Assembly: GCA_964016885.1 (NCBI GenBank)
Contig: OZ024744.1
Span: 106,516,001-106,580,000, forward strand
DNA length: 64,000 nt
Reading direction: 5' to 3'
Source of the DNA: Eledone cirrhosa
Lineage: Eukaryota
Both the position numbers and the translations under genes were made by a program. How positions within the stretch are numbered: the stretch's first letter is position 1; each line of letters opens with the position of its first letter. Below the pieces are notes generated by a model that made no database searches, was not told the origin of the DNA, and worked only from the letters and a program-made list of their open reading frames with translations. Below are positions 12,052 through 26,443 of this stretch, piece after piece.

Positions 12052-15000
12052 CCTTGCTGTGATGGGACTATGATCTGACTCTAGTCTTAAGAAACAGTTA
12101 TTATCTGGTCCTTGCTGTGATGGGACTATGATCTGACTCTAGTCGTAAGAAACAGTTATTATCTGGTCCTTGCTGTGATGGGACTATGATCTGACTCTAG
12201 TCTTAAGAAACAGTTATTATCTGGCCCTTGCTGTGATGGGACTATGATCTGACTCTACTCGTAAGAAACAGTTATTATCTGGTCCTTGCTGTGATGGGAC
12301 TTGATCTGACTCTAGTCGTAAGAAACAGTTATTATCTGGTCCTTGCTGTGATGGGACTATGATCTGACTCTAGTCGTAAGAAACAGTTATTATCTGGCCC
12401 TTGCTGTGATGGGACTATGATCTGACTCTAGTCGTAAGAAACAGTTATTATCTGGTACTTGCTGTGATGGGACTAGGATCTGACTCTAGTCGTAAGAAAC
12501 AGTTATTATCTGGCCCTTGCTGTGATGGGACTATGATCTGACTCTACTCGTAAGAAACAGTTATTATCTGGTCCTTGCCGTGATGGGACTATGATCTGAC
12601 TCTAGTCGTAAGAAACAGTTATTATCTGGTCCTTGCCGTGATGGGACTATGATCTGACTCTAGTCGTAAGAAACAGTTATTATCTGGTCCTTGCTGTGAT
12701 GGGACTATGATCTGACTCTGGTCTTAAGAAACAGTTATTATCTGGTCTTGCTGTGATGGGACTATGATCTGACTCTAGTCGTAAGAAACAGTTATTATCT
12801 GGTCCTTGCTGTGATGGGACTATGATCTGACTCTAGTCGTAAGAAACAGTTATTATCTGGTCCTTGCTGTGATGGGACTATGATCTGACTCTAGTCGTAA
12901 GAAACAGTTATCTGGTCCTTGCTGTCATGGGACTATGATCTGACTCTAGTCGTAAGAAACAGTCATTATCTGATCCTTGCTGTCATGGGACTATGATCTG
13001 ACTCTAGTCTTAAGAAACAGTTATCTGGTCTTTGCTGTGATGGGACTATGATCTGACTCTAGTCTTAAGAAACAGTTATTATCTGGTCCTTGCTGTGATG
13101 GGACTATGATCTGACTCTAGTTGTAAGAAACAGTTATTATCTGGTCCTTGCTGTGATGGGACTATGATCTGACTCTAGTCGTAAGAAACAGTTATTATCT
13201 GGTCCTTGCTGTGATGGGACTATGATCTGACTCTAGTCTTAAGAAACAGTTATTATCTGGCCCTTGCTGTGATGGGACTATGATCTGACTCTACTCGTAA
13301 GAAACAGTTATTATCTGGTCCTTGCTGTGATGGGACTATGATCTGACTCTAGTCGTAAGAAACAGTTATTATCTTGTCCTTGCTGTGATGGGACTATGAT
13401 CTGACTCTAGTCGTAAGAAACAGTTATTATCTGGTCCTTGCTGTGATGGGACTATGATCTGACTCTAGTCGTAAGAAACAGTTATCTGGTCCTTGCTGTC
13501 ATGGGACTATGATCTGACTCTAGTCGTAAGAAACAGTCATTATCTGATCCTTGCTGTCATGGGACTATGATCTGACTCTAGTCTTAAGAAACAGTTATCT
13601 GGTCTTTGCTGTGATGGGACTATGATCTGACTCTAGTCGTAAGAAACAGTTATTATCTGGTCCTTGCTGTCATGGGACTATGATCTGACTCTAGTCGTAA
13701 GAAACAGTTATTATCTGGTCCTTGCTGTCATGGGACTATGATCTGACTCTAGTCGTAAGAAACAGTTATTATCTGGTCCTTGCTGTGATGGGACTATGAT
13801 CTGACTCTAGTCGTAAGAAACAGTTATCTGGTACTTGCTGTGATGGGACTATGATCTGACTCTACTCGTAAGAAACAGTTATTATCTGGTACTTGCTGTG
13901 ATGGGACTATGATCTGACTCTAGTCTTAAGAAACAGTTATTATCTGGTCCTTGCTGTGATGAGACTATGATCTGACTCTAGTCGTAAGAAACAGTTATTA
14001 TCTGGTCCTTGATGTGATGGGACTATGATCTGTCTCTAGTCGTAAGAAACAGTTATTATCTGGTCCTTGCTGTGATGGGACTATGATCTGACTCTAGTCT
14101 TAAGAAACAGTTATTATCTGGCCCTTCCTGTGATGGGACTATGATCTGACTCTACTCGTAAGAAACAGTTATTATCTGGTCCTTGCTGTGATGGGACTAT
14201 AATCTGACTCTAGTCGTAAGAAACAGTTATTATCTGGTCCTTGCTGTGATGGGACTATGATCTGACTCTAGTCGTAAGAAACAGTCATTATCTGATCCTT
14301 GCTGTCATGGGACTATGATCTGACTCTAGTCTTAAGAAACAGTTATCTGGTCTTTGCTGTGATGGGACTATGATCTGACTCTAGTCGTAAGAAACAGTTA
14401 TTATCTGGTCCTTGCTGTCATGGGACTATGATCTGACTCTAGTCGTAAGAAACAGTTATTATCTGGTCCTTGCTATCATGGGACTATGATCTGACTCTAG
14501 TCGTAAGAAACAGTCATTATCTGATCGTTGCTGTGATGGGACTATGATCTGACTCTAGTCTTAAGAAACAGTTATTATCTGGTCCTTGCTGTGATAGGAC
14601 TATGATCTGACTCTAGTCGTAAGAAACAGTTATTATCTGGTCCTTGCTGTGATGGGACTATGATCTGACTCTAGTCGTAAGAAACAGTTATGATCTGGTC
14701 CTTGCTGTGATGGGACTATGATCTGACTCTAGTCGTAAGAAACAGTTATTATCTGGTCCTTGCTGTGATTGGACTGATCTGACTCTAGTCTTAAGAAACA
14801 GTTATTATCTGGTCCCTGCTGTGATGGGACTATGATCTGACTCTAGTCGTAAGAAACAGTTATTATCTTGTCCTTGCCGTGATGGGACTATGATCTGACT
14901 CTAGTCGTAAGAAACAGTTATTATCTCGTCCTTGCTGTGATGGGACTCTGATCTGACTCTAGTCGTAAGAAACAGTTATTATCTGGTCCTTGCTGTGATG

Positions 15001-18000
15001 GGACTATGATCTGACTCTAGTCGTAAGAAACAGTTATTATCTGGTCCTTGCTGTGATGGGACTATGATCTGACTCTAATCGTAACAAACAGTTATTATCT
15101 GATCCTTGCTGTCATGGGACTATGATCTAACTCTAGTCGTAAGAAACAGTTATTATCTGGTCCTTGCTGTGATTGGACTATGATCTGACTCTAGTTGTAA
15201 GAAACAGTTATTATCTGGTCCTTGCTGTGATGGGACTATGATCTGACTCTAGTCGTAAGAAACAGTTATTATCTGGTCCTTGCTGTGATGGGACTATGAT
15301 CTGACTCTAGTCTTAAGAAACAGTTATTATCTGGCCCTTGCTGTGATGGGACTATGATCTGACTCTACTCGTAAGAAACAGTTATTATCTGGTCCTTGCT
15401 GTGATGGGACTATGATCTGACTCTAGTCGTAAGAAACAGTTATCTGGTCCTTGCTGTGATGGGACTATGATCTGACTCTAGTCGTAAGAAACAGTTATTA
15501 TCTGGCCCTTGCTGTGATGGGACTATGATCTGACTCTAGTCGTAAGAAACAGTTATTATCTGGTCCTTGCTGTGATGGGACTAGGATCTGACTCTAGTCG
15601 TAAGAAACAGTTATTATCTGGCCCTTGCTGTGATGGGACTATGATCTGACTCTACTCGTAAGAAACAGTTATTATCTGGTCCTTGCCGTGATGGGACTAT
15701 GATCTGACTCTAGTCGTAAGAAACAGTTATTATCTGGTCCTTGCCGTGATGGGACTATGATCTGACTCTAGTCGTAAGAAACAGTTATTATCTGGTCCTT
15801 GCTGTGATGGGACTATGATCTGACTCTGGTCTTAAGAAACAGTTATTATCTGGTCTTGCTGTGATGGGACTATGATCTGACTCTAGTCGTAAGAAACAGT
15901 TATTATCTTGTCCTTGCTGTGATGGGACTATGATCTGACTCTAGTCGTAAGAAACAGTTATTATCTGGTCCTTGCTGTGATGGGACTATGATCTGACTCT
16001 AGTCGTAAGAAACAGTTATCTGGTCCTTGCTGTCATGGGACTATGATCTGACTCTAGTCGTAAGAAACAGTCATTATCTGATCCTTGCTGTCATGGGACT
16101 ATGATCTGACTCTAGTCTTAAGAAACAGTTATCTGGTCTTTGCTGTGATGGGACTATGATCTGACTCTAGTCGTAAGAAACAGTTATTATCTGGTCCTTG
16201 CTGTCATGGGACTATGATCTGACTCTAGTCGTAAGAAACAGTTATTATCTGGTCCTTGCTGTGATGGGACTAGGATCTGACTCTAGTCGTAAGAAACAGT
16301 TATTATCTGGCCCTTGCTGTGATGGGACTATGATCTGACTCTACTCGTAAGAAACAGTTATTATCTGGTCCTTGCCGTGATGGGACTATGATCTGACTCT
16401 AGTCGTAAGAAACAGTTATTATCTGGTCCTTGCTGTGATGGGACTATGATCTGACTCTAGTCGTAAGAAACAGTTATCTGGTACTTGCTGTGATGGGACT
16501 ATGATCTGACTCTAGTCTTAAGAAACAGTTATTATCTGGTCCTTGCTGTGATGAGACTATGATCTGACTCTAGTCGTAAGAAACAGTTATTATCTGGTCC
16601 TTGATGTGATGGGACTATGATCTGTCTCTAGTCGTAAGAAACAGTTATTATCTGGTCCTTGCTGTGATGGGACTATGATCTGACTCTAGTCTTAAGAAAC
16701 AGTTATTATCTGGCCCTTGCTGTGATGGGACTATGATCTGACTCTACTCGTAAGAAACAGTTATTATCTCGTCCTTGCTGTGATGGGACTATAATCTGAC
16801 TCTAGTCGTAAGAAACAGTTATTATCTGGTCCTTGCTGTGATGGGACTATGATCTGACTCTAGTCGTAAGAAACAGTCATTATCTGATCCTTGCTGTCAT
16901 GGGACTATGATCTGACTCTAGTCTTAAGAAACAGTTATCTGGTCTTTGCTGTGATGGGACTATGATCTGACTCTAGTCGTAAGAAACAGTTATTATCTCG
17001 TGCTTGCTGTGATGGGACTATAATCTGACTCTAGTCGTAAGAAACAGTTATTATCTGGTCCTTGCTGTGATGGGACTATGATCTGACTCTAGTCGTAAGA
17101 AACAGTTATTATCTGGTCCTTGCTGTGATGGGACTATGATCTGACTCTAGTCGTAAGAAACAGTCATTATCTGATCCTTGCTGTCATGGGACTATGATCT
17201 GACTCTAGTCTTAAGAAACAGTTATCTGGTCTTTGCTGTGATGGGACTAGGATCTGACTCTAGTCGTAAGAAACAGTTATTATCTGGCCCTTGCTGTGAT
17301 GGGACTATGATCTGACTCTACTCGTAAGAAACAGTTATTATCTGGTCCTTGCTGTGATGGGACTATGATCTGACTCTGGTCTTAAGAAACAGTTATTATC
17401 TGGTCTTGCTGTGATGGGACTATGATCTGACTCTAGTCGTAAGAAACAGTTATGATCTGGTCCTTGCTGTGATGGGACTATGATCTGACTCTAGTCGTAA
17501 GAAACAGTTATTATCTTGTCCTTGCTGTGATGGGACTATGATCTGACTCTAGTCGTAAGAAACAGTTATTATCTGGTCCTTGCTGTGATGGGACTATGAT
17601 CTGACTCTAGTCGTAAGAAACAGTTATCTGGTCCTTGCTGTCATGGGACTATGATCTGACTCTAGTCGTAAGAAACAGTCATTATCTGATCCTTGCTGTC
17701 ATGGGACTATGATCTGACTCTAGTCTTAAGAAACAGTTATCTGGTCTTTGCTGTGATGGGACTATGATCTGACTCTAGTCGTAAGAAACAGTTATTATCT
17801 GGTCCTTGCTGTCATGGGACTATGATCTGACTCTAGTCGTAAGAAACAGTTATTATCTGGTCCTTGCTGTCATGGGACTATGATCTGACTCTAGTCGTAA
17901 GAAACAGTTATTATCTGGTCCTTGCTGTGATGGGACTATGATCTGACTCTAGTCGTAAGAAACAGTTATTATCTGGTACTTGCTGTGATGGGACTATGAT

Positions 18001-20735
18001 CTGACTCTAGTCTTAAGAAACAGTTATTATCTGGTCCTTGCTGTGATGAGACTATGATCTGACTCTAGTCGTAAGAAACAGTTATTATCTGGTCCTTGAT
18101 GTGATGGGACTATGATCTGTCTCTAGTCGTAAGAAACAGTTATTATCTGGTCCTTGCTGTGATGGGACTATGATCTGACTCTAGTCTTAAGAAACAGTTA
18201 TTATCTGGCCCTTGCTGTGATGGGACTATGATCTGACTCTACTCGTAAGAAACAGTTATTATCTCGTCCTTGCTGTGATGGGACTATAATCTGACTCTAG
18301 TCGTAAGAAACAGTTATTATCTGGTCCTTGCTGTGATGGGACTATGATCTGACTCTAGTCGTAAGAAACAGTCATTATCTGATCCTTGCTGTCATGGGAC
18401 TATGATCTGACTCTAGTCTTAAGAAACAGTTATCTGGTCTTTGCTGTGATGGGACTATGATCTGACTCTAGTCGTAAGAAACAGTTATTATCTGGTCCTT
18501 GCTGTCATGGGACTATGATCTGACTCTAGTCGTAAGAAACAGTTATTATCTGGTCCTTGCTATCATGGGACTATGATCTGACTCTAGTCGTAAGAAACAG
18601 TCATTATCTGATCGTTGCTGTGATGGGACTATGATCTGACTCTAGTCTTAAGAAACAGTTATTATCTGGTCCTTGCTGTGATAGGACTATGATCTGACTC
18701 TAGTCGTAAGAAACAGTTATTATCTGGTCCTTGCTGTGATGGGACTATGATCTGACTCTAGTCGTAAGAAACAGTTATGATCTGGTCCTTGCTGTGATGG
18801 GACTATGATCTGACTCTAGTCGTAAGAAACAGTTATTATCTGGTCCTTGCTGTGATTGGACTGATCTGACTCTAGTCTTAAGAAACAGTTATTATCTGGT
18901 CCCTGCTGTGATGGGACTATGATCTGACTCTAGTCGTAAGAAACAGTTATTATCTTGTCCTTGCCGTGATGGGACTATGATCTGACTCTAGTCGTAAGAA
19001 ACAGTTATTATCTCGTCCTTGCTGTGATGGGACTCTGATCTGACTCTAGTCGTAAGAAACAGTTATTATCTGGTCCTTGCTGTGATGGGACTATGATCTG
19101 ACTCTAGTCGTAAGAAACAGTTATTATCTGGTCCTTGCTGTGATGGGACTATGATCTGACTCTAATCGTAACAAACAGTTATTATCTGATCCTTGCTGTC
19201 ATGGGACTATGATCTAACTCTAGTCGTAAGAAACAGTTATTATCTGGTCCTTGCTGTGATTGGACTATGATCTGACTCTAGTCGTAAGAAACAGTTATTA
19301 TCTGGTCCTTGCTGTGATGGGACTATGATCTGACTCTAGTCGTAAGAAACATTCATTATCTGATCCTTGCTGTGATGGGACTATGATCTGACTCTAGTCG
19401 TAAGAAACAGTTATTATCTGGTCCTTGCTGTCATGGGACTATGATCTGACTCTAGTCGTAAGAAACAGTTATTATCTGGTCCTTGCTGTGATGGGACTAT
19501 GATCTGACTCTAGTCGTAAGAAACAGTCATTACCTGATCCTTGCTGTGATGGGACTATGATCTGACTCTAGTCGTAAGAAACAGTTATCTGATCCTTGCT
19601 GTGATGAGTCTATGATCTGACTCTGGCCTTAAGAAACAGTTATTATCTGGTCCTTGCTGTGATGGGACTATGATCTGACTCTGTTCTTAAGAAACAGTTA
19701 TTTTCTGGTCCTGGCTGTGATGGGACTATGATCGTACTCTAGTCTTAAGAAACAATTATCTGGTCCTTGCTCTGATGGGACTATGATCTGACTCTATTCG
19801 TAAGAAACAGTTATTATCTGGTCATTGCTGTGATTGGACTATGATCTGACTCTAGTCTTAAGAAACAGTTATTATCTGGTCCTTGCTGTGATGGGACTAT
19901 CATCTGACTCTAGTCGTAAGAAATAGTTATTATCTGATCCTTGCTGTGATGGGACTATGATCTGACTCTAGTCTTAAGAAACAGTTATTATCTGATCCTT
20001 GCTGTGATTGGACTATGATCTGACTCTAGTCGTAAGAAACAGTTATTATCTGGTCCTTGCTGTGATGGGACTATGATCTGACTCTAGTCGTAAGAAACAG
20101 TTATTATCTGGTCCTTGCTGTGATGGGACTATGATCTGACTCTAGTCGTAAGAAACAGTTATTATCTGATCCTTGCTGTGATGGGACTATGATCTGACTC
20201 TAGTCTTAAGAAACAGTTGTTATCTGATCCTTGCTGTGATGAGACTATGATCTGACTCTGGTCTTAAGAAACAGTTATTATCTGGTCCTTGCTGTGATGG
20301 GACTATGATCTGACTCTGGTCTTAAGAAACAGTTATTATCTGGTCCTTGCTGTGATGGGACTATGATCTGACTCTAGTCGTAAGAAACAGTTATTATCTG
20401 ATCCTTGCTGTGATGAGACTATGATCTGACTCTGGTCTTAAGAAACAGTTATTATCTGGTCCTTGCTGTGATGGGACTATGATCTGACTCTGGTCTTAAG
20501 AAACAGTTATTATCTGGTCCTTGCTGTGATGGGACTATGATCTGACTCTAGTCGTAAGAAACAGTTATTATCTGGTCCTTGCTGTGATGGGACTATGATC
20601 TGACTCTGGTCTTAAGAAACAGTTATTATCTGGTCCTTGTTGTGATGGGACTATGGTCTGACTCTGGTCTTAAGAAACAGTTATTATCTGGTCCTTGCTG
20701 TGATGGGACTATGATCTGACTCTAGTCGTAAGAAA
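12052..20735. repeat. 58-bp tandem satellite, ~150 copies (ccttgctgtgatgggactatgatctgactctagtcgtaagaaacagttattatctggt)
   Basis: Period read directly (gatgggacta at 12061 and 12119). Shorter 55- to 57-bp deletion variants occur. Confidence 0.98.
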
Positions 20736-21278
20736 AAGCTTCACAGTTTAGTAACCCTTTACCATTTACATTACTCTATATATATTAGTGTATTTTGACA
20801 GTAAAAGCTTTATCTTACATAAATTCTCACATAATATTGAATCTAGGAGATTTAGATATTATTTATTTTGACAATACCTTAATGTTGGTATTTGCAGCCG
20901 GTTACAGCCAGTTTGAACTGAAAGAGATGTGAGAATTCTGGCCAGATATGGCCAGTTTAAATGCTAATGGGTTAAACTATTTTACCATATATTATTTAAT
21001 ATTTTATATGTCCACAACTTGTCCCTAGAGTTGGAATCATATTGAGGAATCAAACCTTGCATTTCTTGGATGCCAAGCTAGTTTGTTACCCAACAATTCT
21101 GCCTACAGACCTATCCACCCTCACACACACACACACACACTCAACAGCAATGCTAGCTTTATCACAGTTTGATGCACACATCCTCACAGCTTCGCACAAA
21201 CACACACACACACACATACCCTCACAGCTTTGCACAAACATACACACACACACACGTCTATTCAAAATACACAAGGAT

Positions 21279-21354
<76 letters not shown>

Positions 21355-21358
<4 letters not shown>

Positions 21359-22823
21359 GTGAAGAGTTTAGCGTAAAAGTTGGTGTTCATCAGGGCTCCG
21401 TCCTTAGCCCCCTACTATTTATTATTGCCCTTCAGGCTATAACAGAGGAGTTCAAGACCGTCTGCCCATGGGAACTCCTATATGCAGATGATCTAACGCT
21501 CATAGCTGAATCAATGGCTGAACTAGAGAAGAAATTCCAAACTTAGAAGCATGGCCTAGAATCAAAAGGCCTTAAAATTAACCTGTCTAAGACTAAAGTT
21601 CTAGTTTGTGGGAAGGAAAATAGGGCACTAGTCCCCTCTGGGAAATGGCCATGCTCAGTGTGTAGGAAAGGAATAGGCAGAAACTCCATTTTATGTCCCA
21701 AATGCAAAGTATGGGTGCATAAAAGATGTAGTGGGATCACAGGTAAGCTAACTAAGAACATAGATTTAACATGTGGCCGGTGCTCAGGTGCAATAAGTAG
21801 CAGCAAGTGCCCACAGAATACTAGCTCATTCCATTGCACAGATGGTTCTATAGAAATAGTGGACACCTTCCGTTACCTGGGTGACAAAATCAGCAGTGGT
21901 GGAGGGTGCTCTGAAAGTACAGTAGCTAGAGTCAGAATGGGATGGAAAAAGTTCAGAGAGATTATACCACTATTGGCCGCTAAAGGGTTCTCTCTAAAAA
22001 TGAAAGGCAGGCTGTATGATGCCTGCATACGAACAGCAATGTTACATGGCAGTGAAACTTGGGCATTGTGTGCAGAAGATATACGTAGACTGGAGAGGAA
22101 CGAAGCTTGCATGCTCCGTTGGATGTGTAATAGTAATATACGTGAACGGCAAAGCATAAATGAACTAAGGGAGAAATTAGGAATAAGAGGGATCAGATGT
22201 TGTTTACTCGAGAGAAGACTATGTTGGAATGGTCACGTGATGCGCATGAAAGACGACAGCTGTATAAAAAAGTGCAGGGCGATTAAAATAGACGGTAGCC
22301 ACAGAGTAGGCAGACCCAGAAAAACCTGGGACGACTTGATAAATTCCGACCTCACTACACTTACACCTCTCCAAGACAATGTCACTGGACCGAGATCTTT
22401 GGCGCTACACAGTAATACAGAACACCTGCCTTGCCTCAGTACAAAGCGAAACCTACAGTCAGTAGGCACCTCTTAACAAAAATACACCCCCATGCCACTA
22501 CCCCCATCCCATCCACACCACCCCTTTCGATGTAAAGTTATGTTGGTACCACAACATCCAGTCCGAAACAAATGAGGTCGTGTAGGTGTCACGACAAAAA
22601 ACACAGTCCATGCTGTAATGTGGCCGTGTAGGTAACACGGTAAAAACCTCCCAGTCCACACTGTAAACATCATTGGTGTTAGGAAGGGCATCCAGCCATA
22701 GAAAACCCGCCAGACAGTCCTATACGAGCGAGACGACCAATTTTGCCTCAAGTGGCAAAATTCCCATCCAAACCCATGCAAGCGTGGAAGATGGACGTTA
22801 AACGATGATGATGATGATGATGA
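21355..22823 (+). mobile_element. RTE LINE, 5'-truncated (RT with PHD-like insert, 3' UTR, ATG tail)
   Basis: [14 protein letters not shown], in-frame stop at 21544; highly similar to 26868-28585 in the opposite orientation. Confidence 0.95.
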
Positions 22824-23037
22824 TATGGTAGCGAGTTCGCGAAAATTCCTATGTAAGTTATATATTACTCCAAGAATAACCTGCAAGAGAATTCCCGAGA
22901 ACTCGCCACCTAACTACGGAAACATCTTGTTGAGTCAAACAACGCCGTACGTTAAAACTATCCACAATACAGAGTACTCACAACCTCTAACTGGATTAGC
23001 TATAACTATAACTTGTTATCCCATATATATAAATATA

Positions 23038-23828
23038 TCATCATCATCATCATCATCATCATCACCGTTTTACGTCCGTTCTTCCACGCTAGCATGGGTT
23101 AGACAGGTTGTCCTGTTGTGGGCAGTGTCCAGTCGGCTGACCTTGTCTTGCTCATACAGGAACTGATTCTGGCTTGATTTCTACAGCTGGATGCCCTTCC
23201 TAACACCAACCTCATTTACAGTGAGTGCTGGGTGCTTTTTTTCCATGGTGCCTACACGTCCACTTTACAGTGTGGGCTGGGTGCTTTTTTTGCCGTGGCA
23301 CCTCCACGACCACTTTACAGTGGGAGGGTGTGGAGGCATATTGTCTATATGCTTCAGCTTTGGCCTGTACCCGTGGGAGGTCAGGTCTTCTGTATTACTG
23401 CGTGACGCCAGAGGTCACGGTCGTGTGTCATCGCCTTTGAGAGGTGTAATTGGGTAAGGTCGACTTTTATCACCTCATCCCAGGTCTTCTTGGGTCTCCC
23501 CATTCCGTGGCTTCCATCGACTTCTAGTGCTCTGCACCTTTTTATGCAGCTGTCATCCTTCATACACATCACATGTCCATACCAACGCAACCTCCTCTCC
23601 TGCACACAGCATTTGATTCTTCTTATGCTCAGTCTCTCTCTCAATTCGTTTATGCTTTGCCGTTCGCGTATATTACTATTACAGGCTTCATGCAGGCTTC
23701 ATTTCTTTCTAATCTATGCAAGTCTTCTACAGACAGCGCCCAGGTCTCACTACCATGTAACATTGCTGTTCGTATACACGCATCATACAGTCTGCCTTTC
23801 ATTTTGGGGAAAAAGCCTTTCGCAGCCA
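23038..23828 (-). mobile_element. RTE 3' fragment
   Basis: HGSETW...RRLRWYGHV...GRPKKTW plus 3' UTR and tail. Confidence 0.9.
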
Positions 23829-23829
23829 T

Positions 23830-24490
23830 GCCTTCCACCAATCCTTTCCTTCAGCCCTCCAGTGCCACAGAGATGCCCGATCTACACCAGTTACTGGCAC
23901 AGCGGACAACACAGATACAGGCCTTGTCGCTGGGTGGCCCTGCCACATATCGATCAAACAGTTGAACTCGCCGATTTGGTGGTCGCTCAAGAAGTTCAAG
24001 CGCATCCCGTGATACACCAGAAATGTGTTGGTACCACCAAAAATTTGGAAGACGGTTGCACAAGTGCAGCCATCCCTGTTCATTTGTGTCAATGTTGAAT
24101 CAGGCAAACGACACAGCCAGAAAACTGAATGCGACGGACTTTTCTGGCCCTTATACTCAAAGTCGCCTGTTTTTCATTCAGGATCGCGTCACAGGCACGC
24201 GTTTCCTGGTTGACACCGGCGCTGAAGTGAGCATCAGCCCGGTTTCCTGCGTTCCTGGAAAAAGGAAAGAAACACCTGCTTGGCTCCAAGCGGTGAATCA
24301 TTCACCTATTCCGACCTACAGAGAGCAGTCCCTGACACTAAATTTAGGACTACGCCGCAGTGGGTATTCGTTGTGGCTAAACTGACAACCCCTATTTTAG
24401 GAGTTGATTTTCTTCAGCACTTCTCACTGCTAGTGAACCTGAAAAACCAACAACTCGTTGACAACTCCACTGGTCTCACTGCGTGACATA
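23830..24490 (+). mobile_element. Gypsy-type LTR retrotransposon gag/protease relic
   Basis: CWYHQKFG..CSHPC knuckle and aspartic protease FLVDTGAEVS...PILGVDFL, with frameshifts. Confidence 0.85.
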
Positions 24491-24954
24491 GCCGCTCGGA
24501 CAGCCACAGTCAGTGTTATAGATTTTATCATTCAATATTCAAATTGAATATTGTTATAATAAAATAAACATTGTAACAACACAATCCTGGTATTATTCTT
24601 TGCATTGAAACCATCATACCAACAAACCCATCTATCCGTTACAACTGAATTCCACTTATTCGTTACAAGTTGACAATGATGCTGCTGCACCAATCCTTTG
24701 GTATGACACCTTCTAGTATTACCTGGTTAACAATAAGTGTGGTTATAGTGTGACCTATCGACCCAGATGCCTTCAGCATCTCGGCATATACCCGATGGAC
24801 CGGTTGCCTTCCCCGTCTTCATATCTTTGATTGCCTTACTTACTACGCTGCTGTTGACTTGTACTACTGGTCCCTCTATAGGGTCTCTTCTTCCCATGCA
24901 TTCTCCTCATTTAGATATATATATGGGATAACAAGTTATAATTATATATATATA

Positions 24955-25595
24955 CTAGCAGTGGTACCTGGCGTTGCACAGGATAAGGTATTTTTGAACG
25001 CGGGCCGCCAACGGACCTAATCGTGGAAAAACTGCATGCCTGGACAATATGTAAAGAAAATAAACCAAATACTCTGATGGCTGGATAATCTTTAAGATTT
25101 TCCTCGATGAAGCAGGGAAAATACAAGTTTTCACCTAATGCAGGCCCTAGGGGATCAAGAAAATGAATTTGTTTTATGTGCATAATATGCCTTGAAATTT
25201 TGGGAAAATTGGCTAGACGTAACGCCTCCAAAAAGCCCTAAAAAGCTGAAAAACTGAAGTTTTTCACCTAATGCAGGTCCTAGGCCATAAAAAAAGTTGG
25301 ATTTTCTTTGCTCACCGTATGAAGAAGAGACTGACTAATACATAGTTACAATTTCAAGGAAATCGGTCTGACGTAATGCCTCAAAAATTCACTAAAAAGC
25401 TGGAAAAAAAACGCAGTTTTTCACCTAATGTGGGCCCTAGGGGATCAAAAAGTTGAATAACACTCCCTGAAACATAAGTAATACACAAGTAATACACATG
25501 TAAAAAAAAATCGATTGGGTACTTTTCGAGTTTTAGGGATTCAAACTCACAGACACACACACACACACACAAACATCCTGTTTTATATATATAGA
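24955..25595 (-). mobile_element. Non-autonomous Helitron-like element
   Basis: Minus strand begins A|TCTATATATA and ends with hairpin CCTG..CAGG then CTAG|T; no TSD; internal sub-repeats ttttcacctaatg. Confidence 0.7.
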
Positions 25596-25637
25596 TATAT
25601 AATATTCATATATTCTTTATTATGACTAAGTAGTAAG

Positions 25638-25687
25638 CTTTATTACTCTGGAGTTTCACCTGTGTATTCACAGGATCATCATACAAG
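25638..25687 (-). ncRNA. Degenerate hammerhead motif
   Basis: Minus strand: CTTGT-ATGATGA-TCCTGTG(AATA)CACAGGT-GAAA-CTCCAGAG-TA^ATAAAG. Stems II and III are good; C3 is lost. Confidence 0.6.
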
Positions 25688-25987
25688 ACTGAATATTCAA
25701 TGGCAGAGACAGTATTGATTGGGTAATACGGGGGGGGGGGGGGGGGGGGCTATATATCATATAGGTAAGGGGGAGGGAAGGAGGAATGACCTTCTCCATC
25801 TCCTTGTTCTCCCCCTTTTCCTCTCATAGCTACCTAAAAGAAACTTACAAATAACTCATCTGAGCAACTTTAACATTTCCTGAGGATTTCATAGAAATGA
25901 AACAGTCCTAGTCTTGGTAGAAGTAATTTCTATATCATATATACACATCCTTTGTTGCTGATATATATATATATATATATATATAGA

Positions 25988-26380
25988 CTAGCTGAGGTAT
26001 CTGGCTTCGCCCGGGAGAAGAGTTAAGAGAAGACAGATAAAAGAGAAAATATCGTGAAAAAAAAAACAATACAAAGCAATATAAAAATATAGAAATAAAT
26101 GCAAATTTCAGCCTTAGAGAATACGTTGACACTCTGTCATCTGAATTAGGTCAATAATAACATGACACCATCCTCAAAAATCTAAACTTATATACACCAT
26201 AGATTAATTTCAAATAGGATAAATTTTTCTTTGTTCTGTAAAATCAAAGATAGTAAAACAACTTTATAAAAGCTAACGCAATATTGTTAAACCTTCAACT
26301 GATATATTTTGATCTATAGTTTAAGCCATTTCTAGACTTTTGTGGGACATAACTCTCTCTCTCAGAATATCTAACACTTT

Positions 26381-26443
<63 letters not shown>

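Noticed and set aside
12052-20735. CRISPR array, or HHR-containing satellite (the unit has TGATGG-GACTA..TAGTC-GTAA-GAAAC..GTC)
   Set aside because: There are no unique spacers and the context is eukaryotic. The HHR resemblance lacks C3 and A9 and stem I, and has 4 extra nt before GAAA. A LINE-endonuclease origin explains the unit better.
25878-25916. HHR-like CTGAGGA-TTTC..GAAAT-GAAAC..GTC
   Set aside because: Core-like, but no stem I pairing is visible.
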